NCBI GenBank assembly: GCA_048013815.1
Contig: CM106586.1
Span: forward strand, 5,332,001-5,396,000
DNA: 64,000 nt
DNA from: Setoptus koraiensis
Lineage: Eukaryota; Animalia; Arthropoda
Direction of reading: 5' to 3'
A program made the translations under genes and the position numbers. The notes under the pieces were generated by a model. That model ran no database searches, was not told where the DNA came from, and worked only from the letters and a program-made list of their open reading frames with translations. Below, one piece after another: positions 1 to 14,616 of this stretch. Position 1 is the first letter of the stretch. Each line of letters begins with the position of its first letter.

Positions 1-364
1 TGTGTGAGAGCTGATTGATTATCTCGTTGTGTATTTGTATATGAACTAACATTGATATTAGCTAATCATGTTTGTCTCTTTTGCTACATGTATATTTGCT
101 ACATGTAATGTTGATTGATTTGCTTGTGTGTGCTGTATTAACTTGTTTTATTTGAAATTAATAATTTTTCATTAGCTAGTTAGCCAGTATAATTACCACT
201 GGCTCAGCCGCTATAAATCACTTTTCATCCTTTGCCTGTCGCCTGTTGGCCGTTGCCTTTGCTGCTTGCCAGTGTCTCTCGGCTCGACACTGTTGGCTCG
301 ACAGTCTCAAGCCAGATACTGGTTAGACACAATCTAATAGGCGGGCGGGCGGGATTGAGTGACT

Positions 365-412
365 TTCTCTCACAAGTTCTCTCGCAAGTTCTCTCACAAG
401 TTCTCTCACAAG
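365..412. repeat. 12-bp tandem repeat x4 (TTCTCTCACAAG)
   Basis: Four consecutive units, one with a CA>GC-type variant (TTCTCTCGCAAG); explains the LSQV/TCER repeats in the ORF track. Confidence 0.9.
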
Positions 413-3040
413 TTGTTGTGCTGCAGGTTGTTGCAAATTTATGCACACAACGACAGTGTCAACGATCGAATGATGGTCGCTCACAACAACCACTCTCGCT
501 AACAACAACCATCAACTAGACAACTCAACCCCATCAGCTGGTTGCACTGCACTCGAACGAGCTGTCGCTGGCGGTGTTTTGCTGGCGGTGATTCGCGCCA
601 ATAACTCGTCGCTGTCACTATTAATTCTAACGTGATAATACCAATAATAATGCCAACAATAATATTGATAATATGCGCGAACGTGTCGCACTGCTCGAGG
701 CCTGGCCCGATCTTGAACCGTCCACTGGCTCGTATCGGTCACTCGACGTATCTGGCTAGGTGTTTGTTGATTTTGATGATACAACTCGCTCTATCGATCG
801 ATTATCAGTCTTGGCGATAAGTCGGCGGCAAGTCGATTGGCTCAATTGGCCATTTATTTACTTTCTCTCGCTCGCTCACTCTCACTCTTGCACTCGCTCG
901 CTTTCTCACTTTATCGCCTGTCTTGCTGCTTGTTTGTCGACACTTTGTAAACTATGCACAGTGCCTAGTCACTTTGGCTGCCAAAGTTTGGCACGGTGTG
1001 TGCAAAAATGCAAATGGCGCAAACGTTTCTTGCTGGTGGCAACTTGTCGCAATCGAATTAGCGCTCGTCGTTAGCGCAAGTGGCCGCAGATTATCAATTG
1101 AAATTTGCAATGTTTGTTTGTTATCGCTGGCTCGCAGCGCTCGCAACTTGTCGCTCCAACCGGCACTGTGAAACCGGCAATTCGGCAATTTTTTAGCAGG
1201 GACTGGCTGCGAAATGCGAAATGTGAAACGCGAACTGCGAAACGCGAAAAAGAAATGCGAAACGCGAATGCGAAATGCACCAACAGCTGTGTTCGCCCGC
1301 CCACCGTCGAGCGATAATGCGCTCACAATGTTGCGAATGTGAACAAATCGCTGCTGTGCCTGCTGCGATGCCCCTACGACGGGCGCACAATGGCTGCCAT
1401 CTATGAGTGGCGCATTGTAGGCGAATTGTTGCCAAAAAGTCGACTACAATTGTGTCTGTGTGCTAAAAGGGCAAAATTATGCCTTTGATGCGCACTTTTT
1501 CAGGCTGCCAAATAACTGCAAATGGCTGTGTGCGTGAAAAACTTGTTCCCAATTTAGCGCATATTTGCCATTTCATTTTCATTCATTTTCAGACCGTTTG
1601 ATTGGCACTTTGCGCAATTTTGTGCAATTCACGCGCGTTCGCCAGCACCAACGCAGCCAACCTGCATCGCTCCGCATACCATGCAGTTTGCAAGCAGTTT
1701 GTAGGCAGTTGGCATGCGGTTCGCAGGAACCATTTGCAAACTCGTCCCTTGTGCCCCCTTATCCGCGCTCGCCGATCCATCTCAGTGATATCTGTCTCAG
1801 CGATACCTGGCTGTGTCATATAAGGCTGTGCGATATGCCGCTGACTCGTGAGTGATATCTGTCTGGCTGGCTGATACAGCCGATACAGGCGCAATCCAAT
1901 TTGGCTCCCATGCTAAATTAGCCAAACGGCTCATTTTACAAATGTGGGCAACAACACAAACAAACAAACGCACAAATAAACAAGTGTCAGTTGAGGCAAC
2001 AGACGCAGAAAAAGCCGCCAGCCATAAACGTTTAGGCAATAGTTAGTTTATCAATAGACTAGTTTTACAATTGGCCGCTTGCGTAGCTTGTTGTCTGCCC
2101 ATGGTGTCGTTTGTCAGACGCGAGCGCGACACAACAACAACAATTTCCGACGTAATTCCGACACAACATTGTTCAAAACACTTTTTGAGTGCATTATGCA
2201 ATGTCAGTGCATGTCGGCTCGCTCACTCTACCTGGCAGAGATAGGGGCGATCTGTGGCGAGCGCTGTGTGGCAAGCGAGCAAATTGCAAGTCACCTAGGA
2301 ATGGTGTGTTATGTAGGTGACACAAATTCCCACTGACCAGAGTGCCAATGGCAGTCACAGGCAACAACAATCACTGGCGAGAAGCGTTTCTATTCATTTG
2401 TGATCATTAGCAACATGGCGCAAGCAGCCCCTGATTGATTGTTTGTTTATTTGTTTGTTTGCAGCGCCGCGGCGCGTCAACCACCTGCTGCTCATTGTTG
2501 TTGCCGTTGTACGCGCCATTATGACGGAGGGCAACGTTGTTGTTGTTGTTGTTTTGCCGTTGTTGCCGTTCACTAGTAACGTATCAGACCGTACCGACAC
2601 AACAATTGTTGCGCAACAGCAACGCACACTGGCAGTGGCGTTTATCTCAACGGGGTGAGATAAGAGAGAGAGAGAGAGAGAGAAAGGAGAGAGCCGGATA
2701 ATGGGCTTTATCTTTCAGGTTCACTGTTGTCGTCTATTCACTTGTGTCTATTGTGTCTGTAGTGGCGAACGCACTGAGAATTGTATATAAATTATATTAT
2801 TACACACACTCAAGCCATTTCACAGCTATTACATATTTTATTTTGAAAAGTGCTAGAAAGTGCCGGCATCGAGCTCGCTAGGCAACCATGCATGGGCCAC
2901 CCCCATAACAATGAGGTGCTGCTTTCGTCACCGGCTCGACACTTGATATCTGGCCGCTCGATGGCGAGCGATTATCCCATCAGTGATACCGGCTGTAGCC
3001 GGCCAGCTAGCACAGTTGGCCATGTCCGGCCACCGAGGGG

Positions 3041-3144
3041 CGAGTGTCTTGCCGAGTATCTTGCCGAGTGCCTTGCCGAGTATCTTGCCGAGTGCCTTGC
3101 CGAGTGTCTTGCCGAGTGTCTTGCCGAGTGCCTTGCCGAGTGTC
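3041..3144. repeat. 12-bp tandem repeat x8.7 (CGAGTGYCTTGC)
   Basis: Units start at 3041+12k; produces the CLAE/LPSA/LGKT pseudo-ORFs. Confidence 0.9.
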
Positions 3145-3847
3145 GGGCCAAGTGTCATGCGAGAGCGGGATGTCCGTCCGGTGTCGGGCCAGAGTCACAG
3201 ACGGCGAGCGGTCTGTCTAGTCGGAGTGGATCTGATTGATAGGTGGTGGCCGGCGCCGCAGCATATCAGCGCAGAGGCTCGCTTCCCGTTTCAGTGCTCA
3301 ATGTTCGAATGGTTGTTGTTGTTGTGTCCAGCGTATTGGCAGTGTTGTTGTTTGTGTCTACCACTCACCGGTGCAACTGCAAGGAAACGAAACGTAATGA
3401 AACGAAACGAAACGAAATGAAATTGCGCAACACACATGTTGTGTTATGTATTATATTAGTGTTATTAACATTATTGTATTAGAATTAAAGTCAATTAGCG
3501 ACGCTCGATGTTTTGCCCGGCAAGCCAATAAAAAGAAATGGCTGCCAGTCATCGAGAAAAATTTGTTCGCAATCGATGGCCCAAGCAGGCATCGTGCGAC
3601 AGCTAATAGGCTCGGCCTGGCCTATCAATTGTGCCCGTTGACGGCTTGCCATTGCGCTTCAATTCTCGCTGCCGTCTCACCTGTCTCACTGGCCGACTCA
3701 ATCTGACAATTATGAGCTACGCAACGGTCGCCATTATGAGTGTGGGCAACAATTATGCATGCCAATCGATCGAAGCAACAACTTTATCAACAACTCTATT
3801 ACTGCTGCCATTTTCCCCTCTATCAGTCTATTAGCGATTTTTGTTTC

Positions 3848-3898
<51 letters not shown>

Positions 3899-5253
3899 AG
3901 ATACACAATCCAACATACACACTCTAGCATACACAGCCGGATAAAAAGGGCCAGCCAGCGCTGTTCCGTTACCTGTCGAGACTTTTGTGTCTGGTTTAAA
4001 CTTTAAACTCGCTCGCTGACACTTGCCCACAATAACACCAACACTGACACATGGAAGCACCGCAAATAGCGGCCGCCAGCGACACTCGCCGAATACAAAT
4101 ACACAAATATACAAATATAAACATGCTGCATGTTGTTTGCATTTGATTTTGTTTAGCCAGACTGGCTGGCTGGCCGGCCGGCCGGCGAAATTCGAGACTG
4201 ACGACCGAAAACACAAACCTTTTTTCTTCGTCGTCGTCGTCGTTTGCACATGAACAGTTTCCCTCGCATTGCTTAATATAGCCTCGCTGAGAGTAGTGCT
4301 TATCAAATCGCCAGCGAGCTTATCAGCAAGCTTTTAGCCGGTTGTACGGCCCAATTGATGGTTGCTGGCACAAGTCGGCTGCGGATTTTCAGCTTTTAGT
4401 CGGTTAGTTAGCACAGACAATTGTGTGTAGCGACAATCGTGATAATCATAATAATAATAATAATAACATATAGTAATAATGACACAATATTATTAATCGG
4501 AGCGTAAGTAGCTTAAGTAGGCGGCTGAATGTGTGTGTGTGTGTCGGTGGCTGTGCCATGGCAACTTTCATCGGCAAGCTACCTACTTACATGATGGTTG
4601 CGAGACGAGCAAATACCTTGATAACGTTCCACGAATTGTGTGTGTTTGTGTCGAGTCGACACACAAATACAAACAAGCAACCAGCTCAAGGTAAATCTGT
4701 TGTGTTCACTTGTAAATCTCGTCTTGGCCTTATTGGCGTTTGCCAGATTTGCGATATAGGCCCAGTCGACGATGCAGCCCAGCAGATAGCGATGCTGTGC
4801 TGCTAAAAGCGATCTGTTGCTAAAAGTCACCTGTTCTAATTGAGCCATCAAATCAAATAAATGCTGAATAAATGAATTGCTCTATCATAAGGCTTCTAAG
4901 GTGTCCCACGACATTACCTTGCCGGTCGCGTTGACAAGCGCACTCTTTAGAGCACATTCTTACGTCAACAGTTAGCTGATGCAACACAACAGTGATGTAA
5001 CACTGTCACTTGGTCGTGCAGGCATGTTTACAAGTGTTTACCGGAAGTTGCTCGCAGCAACAAAAACAAGCCAGCGATACAGCAACAGTCTGCTGGTTGC
5101 GTCAGATGTTGAACGTCACTTTTTTCTTCAGTCAAGTAGCAGATAACGCGCCACGGATAATGCCACAAACGAGCGTTGATGCCCGCAAGCGACAAGCGAG
5201 CTTGAGCGATCCTATTGTCTCGTATCATCGCAGCATTACTACTACTGTTGCAT

Positions 5254-5261
5254 AACAACAG

Positions 5262-5316
<55 letters not shown>

Positions 5317-5325
5317 GACGACGAC
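5254..5325. repeat. (CAA)n trinucleotide microsatellite
   Basis: Long AAC/CAA run with a few CAG/CAT/GAC interruptions. Confidence 0.9.
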
Positions 5326-8300
5326 AGCTAAAAGTAAATAGATCAAACTGCTTGCCTTAAGTGGAAATAGTGTGCGCTCGCTGGATGATGATGAGCGATG
5401 ATGACGATGTCGTCGTCATGCAGGGCCAAGCGTGCTCAAACAAGTGAGATTTGTGAGATTTGTCTGATTCGAGGGAGCGAACGAGACCGAGCGAGGGGGA
5501 GAGTGAGAGAGCGAGAGAGGGAGCTCTGAGTCAAAGGGGCTCGCTCTGGAAGAACTGGATCGCTTCTTTTCGTTCTTGCCATCAAACGATTGCTCAGACA
5601 CACGAACGACGAGCCAAAAATTGCGTCTTCATCGTGCTCATCCTCTCATTTCAATATTGTTTTGTTTCGCAAGCTCATGCTTATTGTTACGGTCTTACAG
5701 TTAGTTCAGGCATCGGGCTTGAGCTGGCACAAGTGCTGCCAGCAGAAATAAAAGCGCGACTCACAACTAGTAGCTCACTCCATTATATCCAACGATGACG
5801 GCTGATTGAAAGTCGATCACTTCCACTCGATCTCGCCCTCACAATTTCTCAACACAGCGAACGCACATTACGTAAGCGAACTAACCGTGGGCACACAATG
5901 CGCTGTGTGGGAGACTGTGTGAAAAACTTTTTATCCTTTTCTGTCTCTCTCTCTCTCTATGCTGCCACCATCAAACGAGCCACTGCCAAGTATTGCATAA
6001 CAAGCGCAGTGCGCGAGAGATACTTTGGGCTGCTGGGCTCCTCTTTTAGTCACAGCAGAATTATCACAGCCGATTAGCGATCGGGCTAGACTAGTCATGC
6101 GGCCAGAGTTGAGGCAACAAGAGACAGACAGAGAGAGAGAGAGAGAGAGCACAAAATTTGTCGTTTTCAGCCAAGTCATTAGGCCGAATCGCTGTCAACG
6201 ACAACGCGATATATAGCGCAAAAAATGAGTGCGCTCTCGAGCTCTCGAGGTGACGCTTCATATTTCCAATGTGCTACTACTTTCCGTCATTTAATAATGA
6301 TAACGATGATTATGATGATGCAATGATCTATTTGGTGTCTATTTATGACACAGTGAGCGAGAAAATTTTTAGTTAAAACTCGCTGCCGGCTAACTGCTGC
6401 AAACACTCTCTGCGAGATAACTTTCGAAACAATTTCACGCCAAACCGATACACACAGTTAGCGAGCACACAGTAACAATTATTTAGGGGCTCAATTATTT
6501 AGCAAGCCACTAAATATGAGCAGCAGTAGCGGCTCTTTTCGCCGATTAGACCGTACTTAATGATTCGGTTGACATCATTCATTTCGTCATATACCTTTGT
6601 CACAGAACATAACAGCGAGCCAGCAACGAGACGCCGGGACAAAAATAAATAAACGACCGCAATTCACTATTTATGGCGAGCCAAGTGCCCACTGTGCGAG
6701 CGTCGAGGAAAGTAGTCGCTCGACGTCTTTGTTTGTGGCTCCATTTGTTTGTTTGTTTGTTGTTGCTGTTGTCGTCGCTGCCTCTAAGTGGATAAAAATA
6801 AAAAATAAATCTCGACAGGCACAACTTTATCCGCATATGCACTGGCTTTTAGCACCGAACAAGCTGCAATCAATAGAATATCCTTCGGATATTCTGCTAG
6901 CTGCGACAAGCGAGTATTGCCAGTTTCGTTCAATATTTGTCTTGTTCGAAGCGATATTTTTGTTGTTTATTTTTAACATGTTTGATTTTTCGCTCACTCA
7001 CTTTATATATATATATATAAATACTTTTAAAATACTCTCCCTCAAGGATCTACGCTCAGCATGTGCAAACTATGCATACATCAGCGGCCATCTCGAGTCA
7101 AGACAAGATCATATCTGAGTGTGCCAAGCGTGAGTACAAATAAAAGAGTATAAAAGATACGAACGGTATATTCGGTCTGCACACTGTGTGTACATGAGAT
7201 ATCATGGGCTGTCGTGAGAGTGAGTGGTCTTGGCGTTGTTTGGCTGCTCCTTGGCAGTAACATAAATTACTATATTTACGGCGGGCTGTATCTTGTTGCC
7301 GTTGACAACCATCAACCATGAAAGCTGCAGCCTCTGGCTGGCTTTTCAGATTATTATGATGGCCACGCGAGAAGCCATCATAATAATATCATGGCTTCGA
7401 GCGAGAGCACCTAGCAATTTAATATTTGTACTGCTTGTAGTTGCTCTGCCATCAGTATTGGTCAATGAGACAAGTGGCGGCTACTTGTACACTGAGCCGT
7501 CTAGCCAGCCAGCCAGCATGGCTGACAGTTTAGGGCCGGCCTGAGTGGTTAATTAGTTAAGTAGTTGCGCAACTAAGTGGATATTATCAACTTATTAATA
7601 ATAATAATAACGGTACTCCATGGCGATAAATTATTTTATTGCTTGCTGTTTCAGTTGCGCTGTTCTCCTTTTGCTCCTTTGGTGCACCAAATCAAGTGAT
7701 AATTATAATCGCAATAATTATTATTCAATTATAGTTTTACACACACACACACACACACACGGATAAATGGCCGAGAGCCGATTGTCTTGCGTCATGGCAG
7801 TAGTATTATGTATGACAACAGCATTATTTCTATTACTGTTGCTGTTACATAACAGCATGAGCTAAATAGATGGCACTGTTAGCCTCAAGTGCAAATTGTG
7901 TGTGTTCGCTGATGATGCCACTCACATCGCCATCGTCGTCATGCAGTCCAGAGTGTACTCGAACAGCCGGTTCGGACACAGGTGAGATTCGTTGATTTGT
8001 CCAATTGTGAGAGAGAGGGAGGGAGAGAGAGAGAGAAAGAGAGCGCCAGGGAGCTATTTAAATAACACATAAACTGGTGATAATTAGATTGGTGATTGCG
8101 TAATTGATTGAGTAGCAATTGATTAGGCAAATTATTGGTCGATCTGATTAAATCTAGTCGCTCATGCAGATCGTGATCGCTTGTTGATCGTATCGCGTCG
8201 TGTCAGTCTGTGTGCAAGTATCAGAGTCCAATTGGTCCAATTAGTCATCTTGTTCAGTCGACTTATTTAGTCATCGTCGTCTTGATGAAAAAACAACGAA

Positions 8301-9383
8301 GATGCAACAGATAACCGCACCATTGTTGTGTCTGGCCAACAAACAATCAGATTGTCAGTCTCAAATCGAAACACTTCCTGTTGGTGGCGCCGTCTTGCCA
8401 ATTGACTCGCCCATTTGTTGTCTCATCGACAACTTGAGGCAACATTTGCGAATCTGTTGTGTCGATCAATAGCGTTCGCCAAATGAAATGTTTTGCTGTT
8501 GCTGTTGTTGCTGTTGTTGTCGTTGTTGTTGTTATGTGATAGACACAATTACCACTTGTGTGCCAACATAAATAATAAATGAAATGTTACCATAATGAGC
8601 GATCAGATCGGACTTATTATTTTCCACAGGCCGTAGTTGTTCGAATCCGTTTAGCGCGCTCCAAGCGCCATCTCAATTGACTGCATCGAGATAAATTGCA
8701 ATTTTTTAACCACTCCAGCAGCCAGAGTGCAGCCTGACCCATGGGCCAAGCTCAGGCGTCCTTACATTGAAATTGTCACACAGGTTAGGTTGTGTTGTTT
8801 GGGGTCCGTTGTTTGGGGTCTTTTGTCACAACAACGTTTGAACTTTTGAAAAAACGTGCGCGCATATCCGTTTCTTGGTCGCCCGGGCAACGGTGCGTTA
8901 GTAACGAGCCGTTACTATGGAGCGCGGTTCTTGTCCGATGCTCCCGGGCAACTAGCGGTTGCCGACTTGCGGCCATACACGACGGCGATTTGGCTAAACA
9001 AGCCGCCCATTTACGTGACAATTTCAGTGTGACTTGTGTGCATAAGCATAATTCATATTATTTCAAGTTTATTGCGAGATTGACCAAGAGAGGGATTTAT
9101 CTTCGTCGGGCACATGAGAACAACTTACCCATTAGGATCATTATAAACTTTACCCTAAACAGGATCAAGTCGCTGTAAAGTGGGCCAGCTTCACACACTC
9201 GTCGCTGGGTTTTGTCGAGTTTTCATGATGATGATCACTTTATCTTTCGCGTCTTTTTTGTTTCTGCGTTCGAGCAAACAAATTGTCACATTGTGTGCCG
9301 ATTACGCAACAATAATAACAATAGCGATAATATTAATAATAATAATAAGCTTACCTTTGCGCGGCGTTGTTACGTCACACAGG

Positions 9384-9480
9384 TACACACACACACACAC
9401 ACACTGTTGGAATACGACACACACACACACACACACTGTTGGAATACGACACACACACACACACTGTTGGAATACGACAC
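9384..9480. repeat. Composite repeat (CA)n-CTGTTGGAATACGAC x3
   Basis: Identical 15-mer at 9404, 9436 and 9464 separated by CA runs; a fourth copy at 12031 is also embedded in (CA)n. Confidence 0.85.
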
Positions 9481-12400
9481 AGTGCAAATTCGCCGGCGCA
9501 GGCTAATTTAGAGAGTCTAGTTAAAAAATAGAGTGGCCACTGCATTGTTTGCATTGTTGCTTTTGGCGTTCTCTTCAATTGGCAATAGCTTCTACCTGAA
9601 ATGCTGCTGCTGCTGCTGACAACTACTTCCGAACACCCGCTTCTGTATCACGCACAAGTGATTTTGGATTATCATAGAAAGAAACTACTATTACAACTTA
9701 TGGCGTTATACAGGAGCCATTGCACGGAAGAGCGCGTGAGTTTACTATAAGTTCATATATGTGCGATGCTCAACTCTCAATTAGAGTCCTTCTCTTGCAA
9801 CGTCGGGCGCCCTTTAACGAGTCGCCACTCACGACACAACGAAGTGTCTGAGATTTGCTGATTGTTCGCCGGTCAACAAGTTATGTTTTGTTTATATTTC
9901 TTCTATTTCCATTCTTCGTTGTTATCTGGTTCGGTGTCCTTGCAATTCTTTTCGGTTGCCTTCGTTGCGTCTTGGCGTTGTTGGCGTTCTTCTGCTCGCC
10001 GGTTGCTTGTTTGCGTCGTTGGTGTCGCCGTTGTTGCTTGTCGTCGTTGCTTGTCGTCGTTACTCGTCGTCGTTGCTTGTCGGTGCCGTTGGTGAGTTTG
10101 GTCCGGTCAGGGCGACCTGCCAACATGCCGGCCAGCAGTCAATGCGACTTTGATGAGACACACACACACACACAATGGCCAAACTGACAAACTGACAAAT
10201 TGAGTGTGTGCAATATGGTAAGCGATTCAGTGTGCTGAGCAATAGATGTGATATAACAGCCAATAATATCTAATAATTGTTGTTGGTGCCACAATTGGCG
10301 ACAAACAACCACCACAATAACGCCGCACCAATGAGCAGCATGTGAAAGGGGAGTGAAATGAATACACTTGTCACAAAGCTCACTTGAACACATCACATCA
10401 GCATCACTATTTGTAGACATTTTACCATTATTGTGATTATGATTGTTGTTGGTATTTGTTGCTTGATTATTGATTGACTAGAGCCATTTAGTTGTCTTGT
10501 TGAGCCCGATTGTTGCAATTGCTGTTGCAGGCTGCGTGTTGCTGCCGATATGGCTGGCGACGGATCGCGATAGCGACACTTTCCACTGGGACACCGACTG
10601 GCTTGCCGGCTTTGCATGCTCAACCAACACCATACATAATGATACATAACTAGATATATAAAATAATGTATAACAAATAACAATTATCAGCTATTTGTAT
10701 TGTGTTGCGTATTGCGTTGCTGTTATCGCGCACTGTCTTGCACAAATTATCTTTACTCGACTTGGCTGTGTAAAGACGATCGACGGCGATACGCCATATC
10801 AATGGATACGCTGGTTGCTCCAGTTGCGCGCGTATCGCTCGCCACAATGCATTTACACAACAAACGAGCGTTGTCTTGAGGAAATATACATTCGAGGAGA
10901 CTTGTATTGATATTTGACGAGCACCGATGGTTGTTGCTGCAACAGATTCGGCTTGCTGAGACAACTAATCACAAATGATGAGCTGTCTACCACTGATTTG
11001 CTTGCTGCTTTTCGCTCGCCAGATTGTTATCTCGTGCCCGGCGACGGCGAGCTTAATAATTGCTATAAAGCTGACATTGTTAGTTAATAATGATTTTACT
11101 ATGATTTTACTAGCTAATGAATGCACTATTATTAACAGTGAGTGTGTAAATCAAGTTATTGTTTGATGCAACAATATTGCGTTTGTCTGTTTATGTCGTC
11201 TGGCGTGTTGGGCCGGCTCGTTGCGTTGCTGGCACGGTTGTGACTTGTGATTAGATGACACAATTGGCACTTACAAATGATATCGCGCTTGTTGTCTCGC
11301 GGCTAATCGGAGCTTGCGGCAAGACCATTCGCGCACCTGTCGATAGTGATGCCGGCGCGTTTGCACAAACACCAATGATAAATAACAATGATAACACCAA
11401 TGATGATGAATAATTATAATGCGGCGATAATTACTAAATTATCCTATTAAATGATTACTAAATTATCGCCGCATTATTGTCGTGCGCCCAAATTGGACAT
11501 TCACATTTTTCTGCTTTGCGTAGGGTTTTTCATTGAGTTGGGCATTATTGAGCTGGGCATTATTGAGCTGGGCATTATTGAATTGAGCATTTTGCGACAA
11601 CATGGCCGGACACGATGGACAAGTGTTGATTGTTGTTGTCTTGCTGCCGTTTGCCATTGGCTGGCCGGCAATGAATGGTCTGGCAGGCAATGCATCTCAC
11701 TTGGCACTTGACTGCTGATGGCGATGGTTGTTGATATTTTCAAATTGTTGGACTGTCAACTGAGTTAGTTGAGCTAACGACAACTCGACTGGCACTCATT
11801 GCGCCATAGGAAGCGCATGTGAACGGCGGCAATGAGATTAATGAGCCTAATGAGAAAAGTCGCCTACTTGCACACTAACAAGTGACTGTGTTTGCCAGAC
11901 AATACTATTACATAACGAGTGTTGCTAGTTAGTCAGCCAGTCGGGCATTTGTGATTGCGATTTGCAGCAACCGAGTCAAACAACAACAACGGCACCAAAC
12001 ACTTGAGCCGCTCACACACACACACACACACTGTTGGAATACGACACACACACACACACACACACACACCATGCAAACATTCAGTGCGCATACGCAAGCA
12101 CAAACTGCTACTATGCGTTTCCGCTTATTATGTAACCAGCCAGAGTTTTTATAATGTGTGCGACACATGACGTTCGAGTGTGCACTGTGTGTACATTGTG
12201 TCTGCCGGCGAGTGTCGCCATGGAGAGTCTGGCTGGCTGGCTGGTTACATAATAGTTACATAATAAGCGGCCGGCCGGTGACTTATCGGCCAGCCATAAG
12301 TCACTGGCCGGCGCGCGCGCGCGCGCGCTCGTTTCCATTGCGCCCGCTTGTGCGCAGTGAGGGGGCCCAACAGACAGGTAAATCGGCCAGCGATTCTCTA

Positions 12401-13025
12401 ATTGTTTATAATGCCACGAACGCCACTAATGCAAATGCCCGGCCTCAGCAATCATCGTGGCTGAGCCCTGGCCGCTGTCACGAGCGCCTCCTCATGTGTT
12501 GGCGTTCGCGGTGTGCGGGCCGGCGGGCCATCGGGCCATCGGGCCGTCGGGCCATCGGGCACAAGCGAGCAGCCAAGTGCACTTGTGACAGTGCGCGCAG
12601 GTGAGTGCTGGCTCATTCGATCAAGTCGAAACCGCCGTTGTTGCTGTTGCTGTTGTTGCTGTCGCTTGTAAACTGTTATTAACTGTCAACTGCCAACTAT
12701 TAACGCGGCCGCTGCACAGTTTTAACGGCGACACTTTTCACGTTACGTCATGTTTGTTGTGCCTCCGTCGGCGTGTTTGACCGACTAGCTCACACGCTCG
12801 ATGCGGCCCGACTGTAAATACGTTTGTGGCGCACACGCGTGAGCTGCAATGGGGCCAGCGCCGGCTCCCATGCCAACCGCGCCATTAGCGGCACTAAAAA
12901 ACATCAACAGCAACCAGCGAGTGGCCCGGTCTACAGTTCAGACTCTGCAGTGTAGACCGTACACTGTACACAATGAGCACAAAATGGCTCTTTCCAGTGG
13001 ACTCACTCCAAAATTTGGAGTTCAA

Positions 13026-13068
<43 letters not shown>

Positions 13069-13994
13069 TCATTGCTAGCCAACATCATCGCACAACTATC
13101 GCTAGCACTCGATCGATGCTGTGCTCGCTTATGTAATTATTATGTATTTATAATTATATGATATTATGTTATTGTTGTTTGTTTGCGTCATAATCCGCCA
13201 GGGATTACTACGCAACCAGGCGCTTTAGTTTAGACTAACAATTGTAAATTGTGAGCTGCTGGCTGCCACTTTATGATGCCTAGCAATAGGCATTAACGAT
13301 GCCACAAAAGACAAAGATTGCAGTTGGGTGTCGCACTGCCTGGCGAAACTAGCGATTTGTCAATTCTATTGCTAGTGAAATGAATTAGCCGAATGTCGCA
13401 AATTGTGTCACATCGTTTGCCAATATCTCACTGTTATTCGTTATTTCAATTTGGTTTCAATCCAACTTCAAACGTTCACTGTCCACTCGTCTACCTGCCG
13501 ATGACAGCAACCACTTCCGGTGCAAACTCAAAGTCAGAACGACCGCACGGCATTGCGCGCAACGAGCTGTCTCTGGCGGCTCAAAAACGACCCCAAGACC
13601 CTGTTTATGCTGGTTTGTGGTACGATTTGGCAAACACTGGTTATCATTCAATCATAAAGTCTGGATAGGTCAACGTTAAAAAAGTGCACGTGCTGTTTGT
13701 ATCATCACGAGATCCCCGTTCACATTCGGCCACTGAAGCCACAGAATGAATTATTTATCAATGCTGGATTTATTGATGCAGTTTTTGGCCGAAATCGCGT
13801 CGAAATCATATCACCAAGTCTCAAATGAATGAGTCTGAACTGAATTGCAAGCTTGTGAGAGTTTATTGTCGCGCCATAAACGATATGCAGATCGCTGCGG
13901 TTTGATGGTTGCGTCCATTGTGATCTTGATTTTCTCTCCATGTCACATAAATCACGTGGCTAGTGTCGCACAAACAAAGCACAACCCAGTTGAG

Positions 13995-14494
13995 NNNNNN
14001 NNNNNNNNNNNNNNNNNNNNNNNNNNNNNNNNNNNNNNNNNNNNNNNNNNNNNNNNNNNNNNNNNNNNNNNNNNNNNNNNNNNNNNNNNNNNNNNNNNNN
14101 NNNNNNNNNNNNNNNNNNNNNNNNNNNNNNNNNNNNNNNNNNNNNNNNNNNNNNNNNNNNNNNNNNNNNNNNNNNNNNNNNNNNNNNNNNNNNNNNNNNN
14201 NNNNNNNNNNNNNNNNNNNNNNNNNNNNNNNNNNNNNNNNNNNNNNNNNNNNNNNNNNNNNNNNNNNNNNNNNNNNNNNNNNNNNNNNNNNNNNNNNNNN
14301 NNNNNNNNNNNNNNNNNNNNNNNNNNNNNNNNNNNNNNNNNNNNNNNNNNNNNNNNNNNNNNNNNNNNNNNNNNNNNNNNNNNNNNNNNNNNNNNNNNNN
14401 NNNNNNNNNNNNNNNNNNNNNNNNNNNNNNNNNNNNNNNNNNNNNNNNNNNNNNNNNNNNNNNNNNNNNNNNNNNNNNNNNNNNNNNNNNNNNN
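13995..14494. other. Assembly gap (500 N)
   Basis: Exactly 500 N; the ORFs 13845..14543 and 13963..14568 are artefacts of the gap. Confidence 1.
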
Positions 14495-14616
14495 GATTAT
14501 GTCAGTATCTCGAGCGCTTAATTTTTTGGATGGACAAGTATGATAAGAATATAGGAGCGAGTATGTAACGACATGTCGGAGATAACCATCTTGATAGATA
14601 CACCGATAGGCAATGG

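Larger units (their letters stand above)
1..13994. other. Microsatellite/low-complexity-rich region with no recognisable protein-coding gene (long intergenic, intronic or regulatory DNA)
   Basis: Dense (CA)n, (GA)n, (CAA)n, (GTT)n and short tandem repeats. The listed ORFs are short, overlap on both strands, are driven by repeats and show no recognisable domain. Small exons cannot be excluded. Confidence 0.6.

Noticed and set aside
6062-6071. TATCACAGCC, matching the start of miR-2/13 family sequences
   Set aside because: Only 10 nt match and no complementary arm nearby.
8638-8651. GTTCGAATCC as a tRNA T-loop
   Set aside because: No T-stem, acceptor stem or D-arm pairing around it.
225-13941. 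Dozens of 60-190-aa ORFs in the first 14 kb (and similar ones at 33.5-35 kb, 44.9-46.4 kb and 57.7-59.4 kb)
   Set aside because: Produced by microsatellites and short tandem repeats (THTH, CVCV, ERER, poly-L); overlapping on both strands, often non-ATG starts, no domains.
13845-14568. 232-aa and 201-aa ORFs
   Set aside because: They span the 500-N gap.
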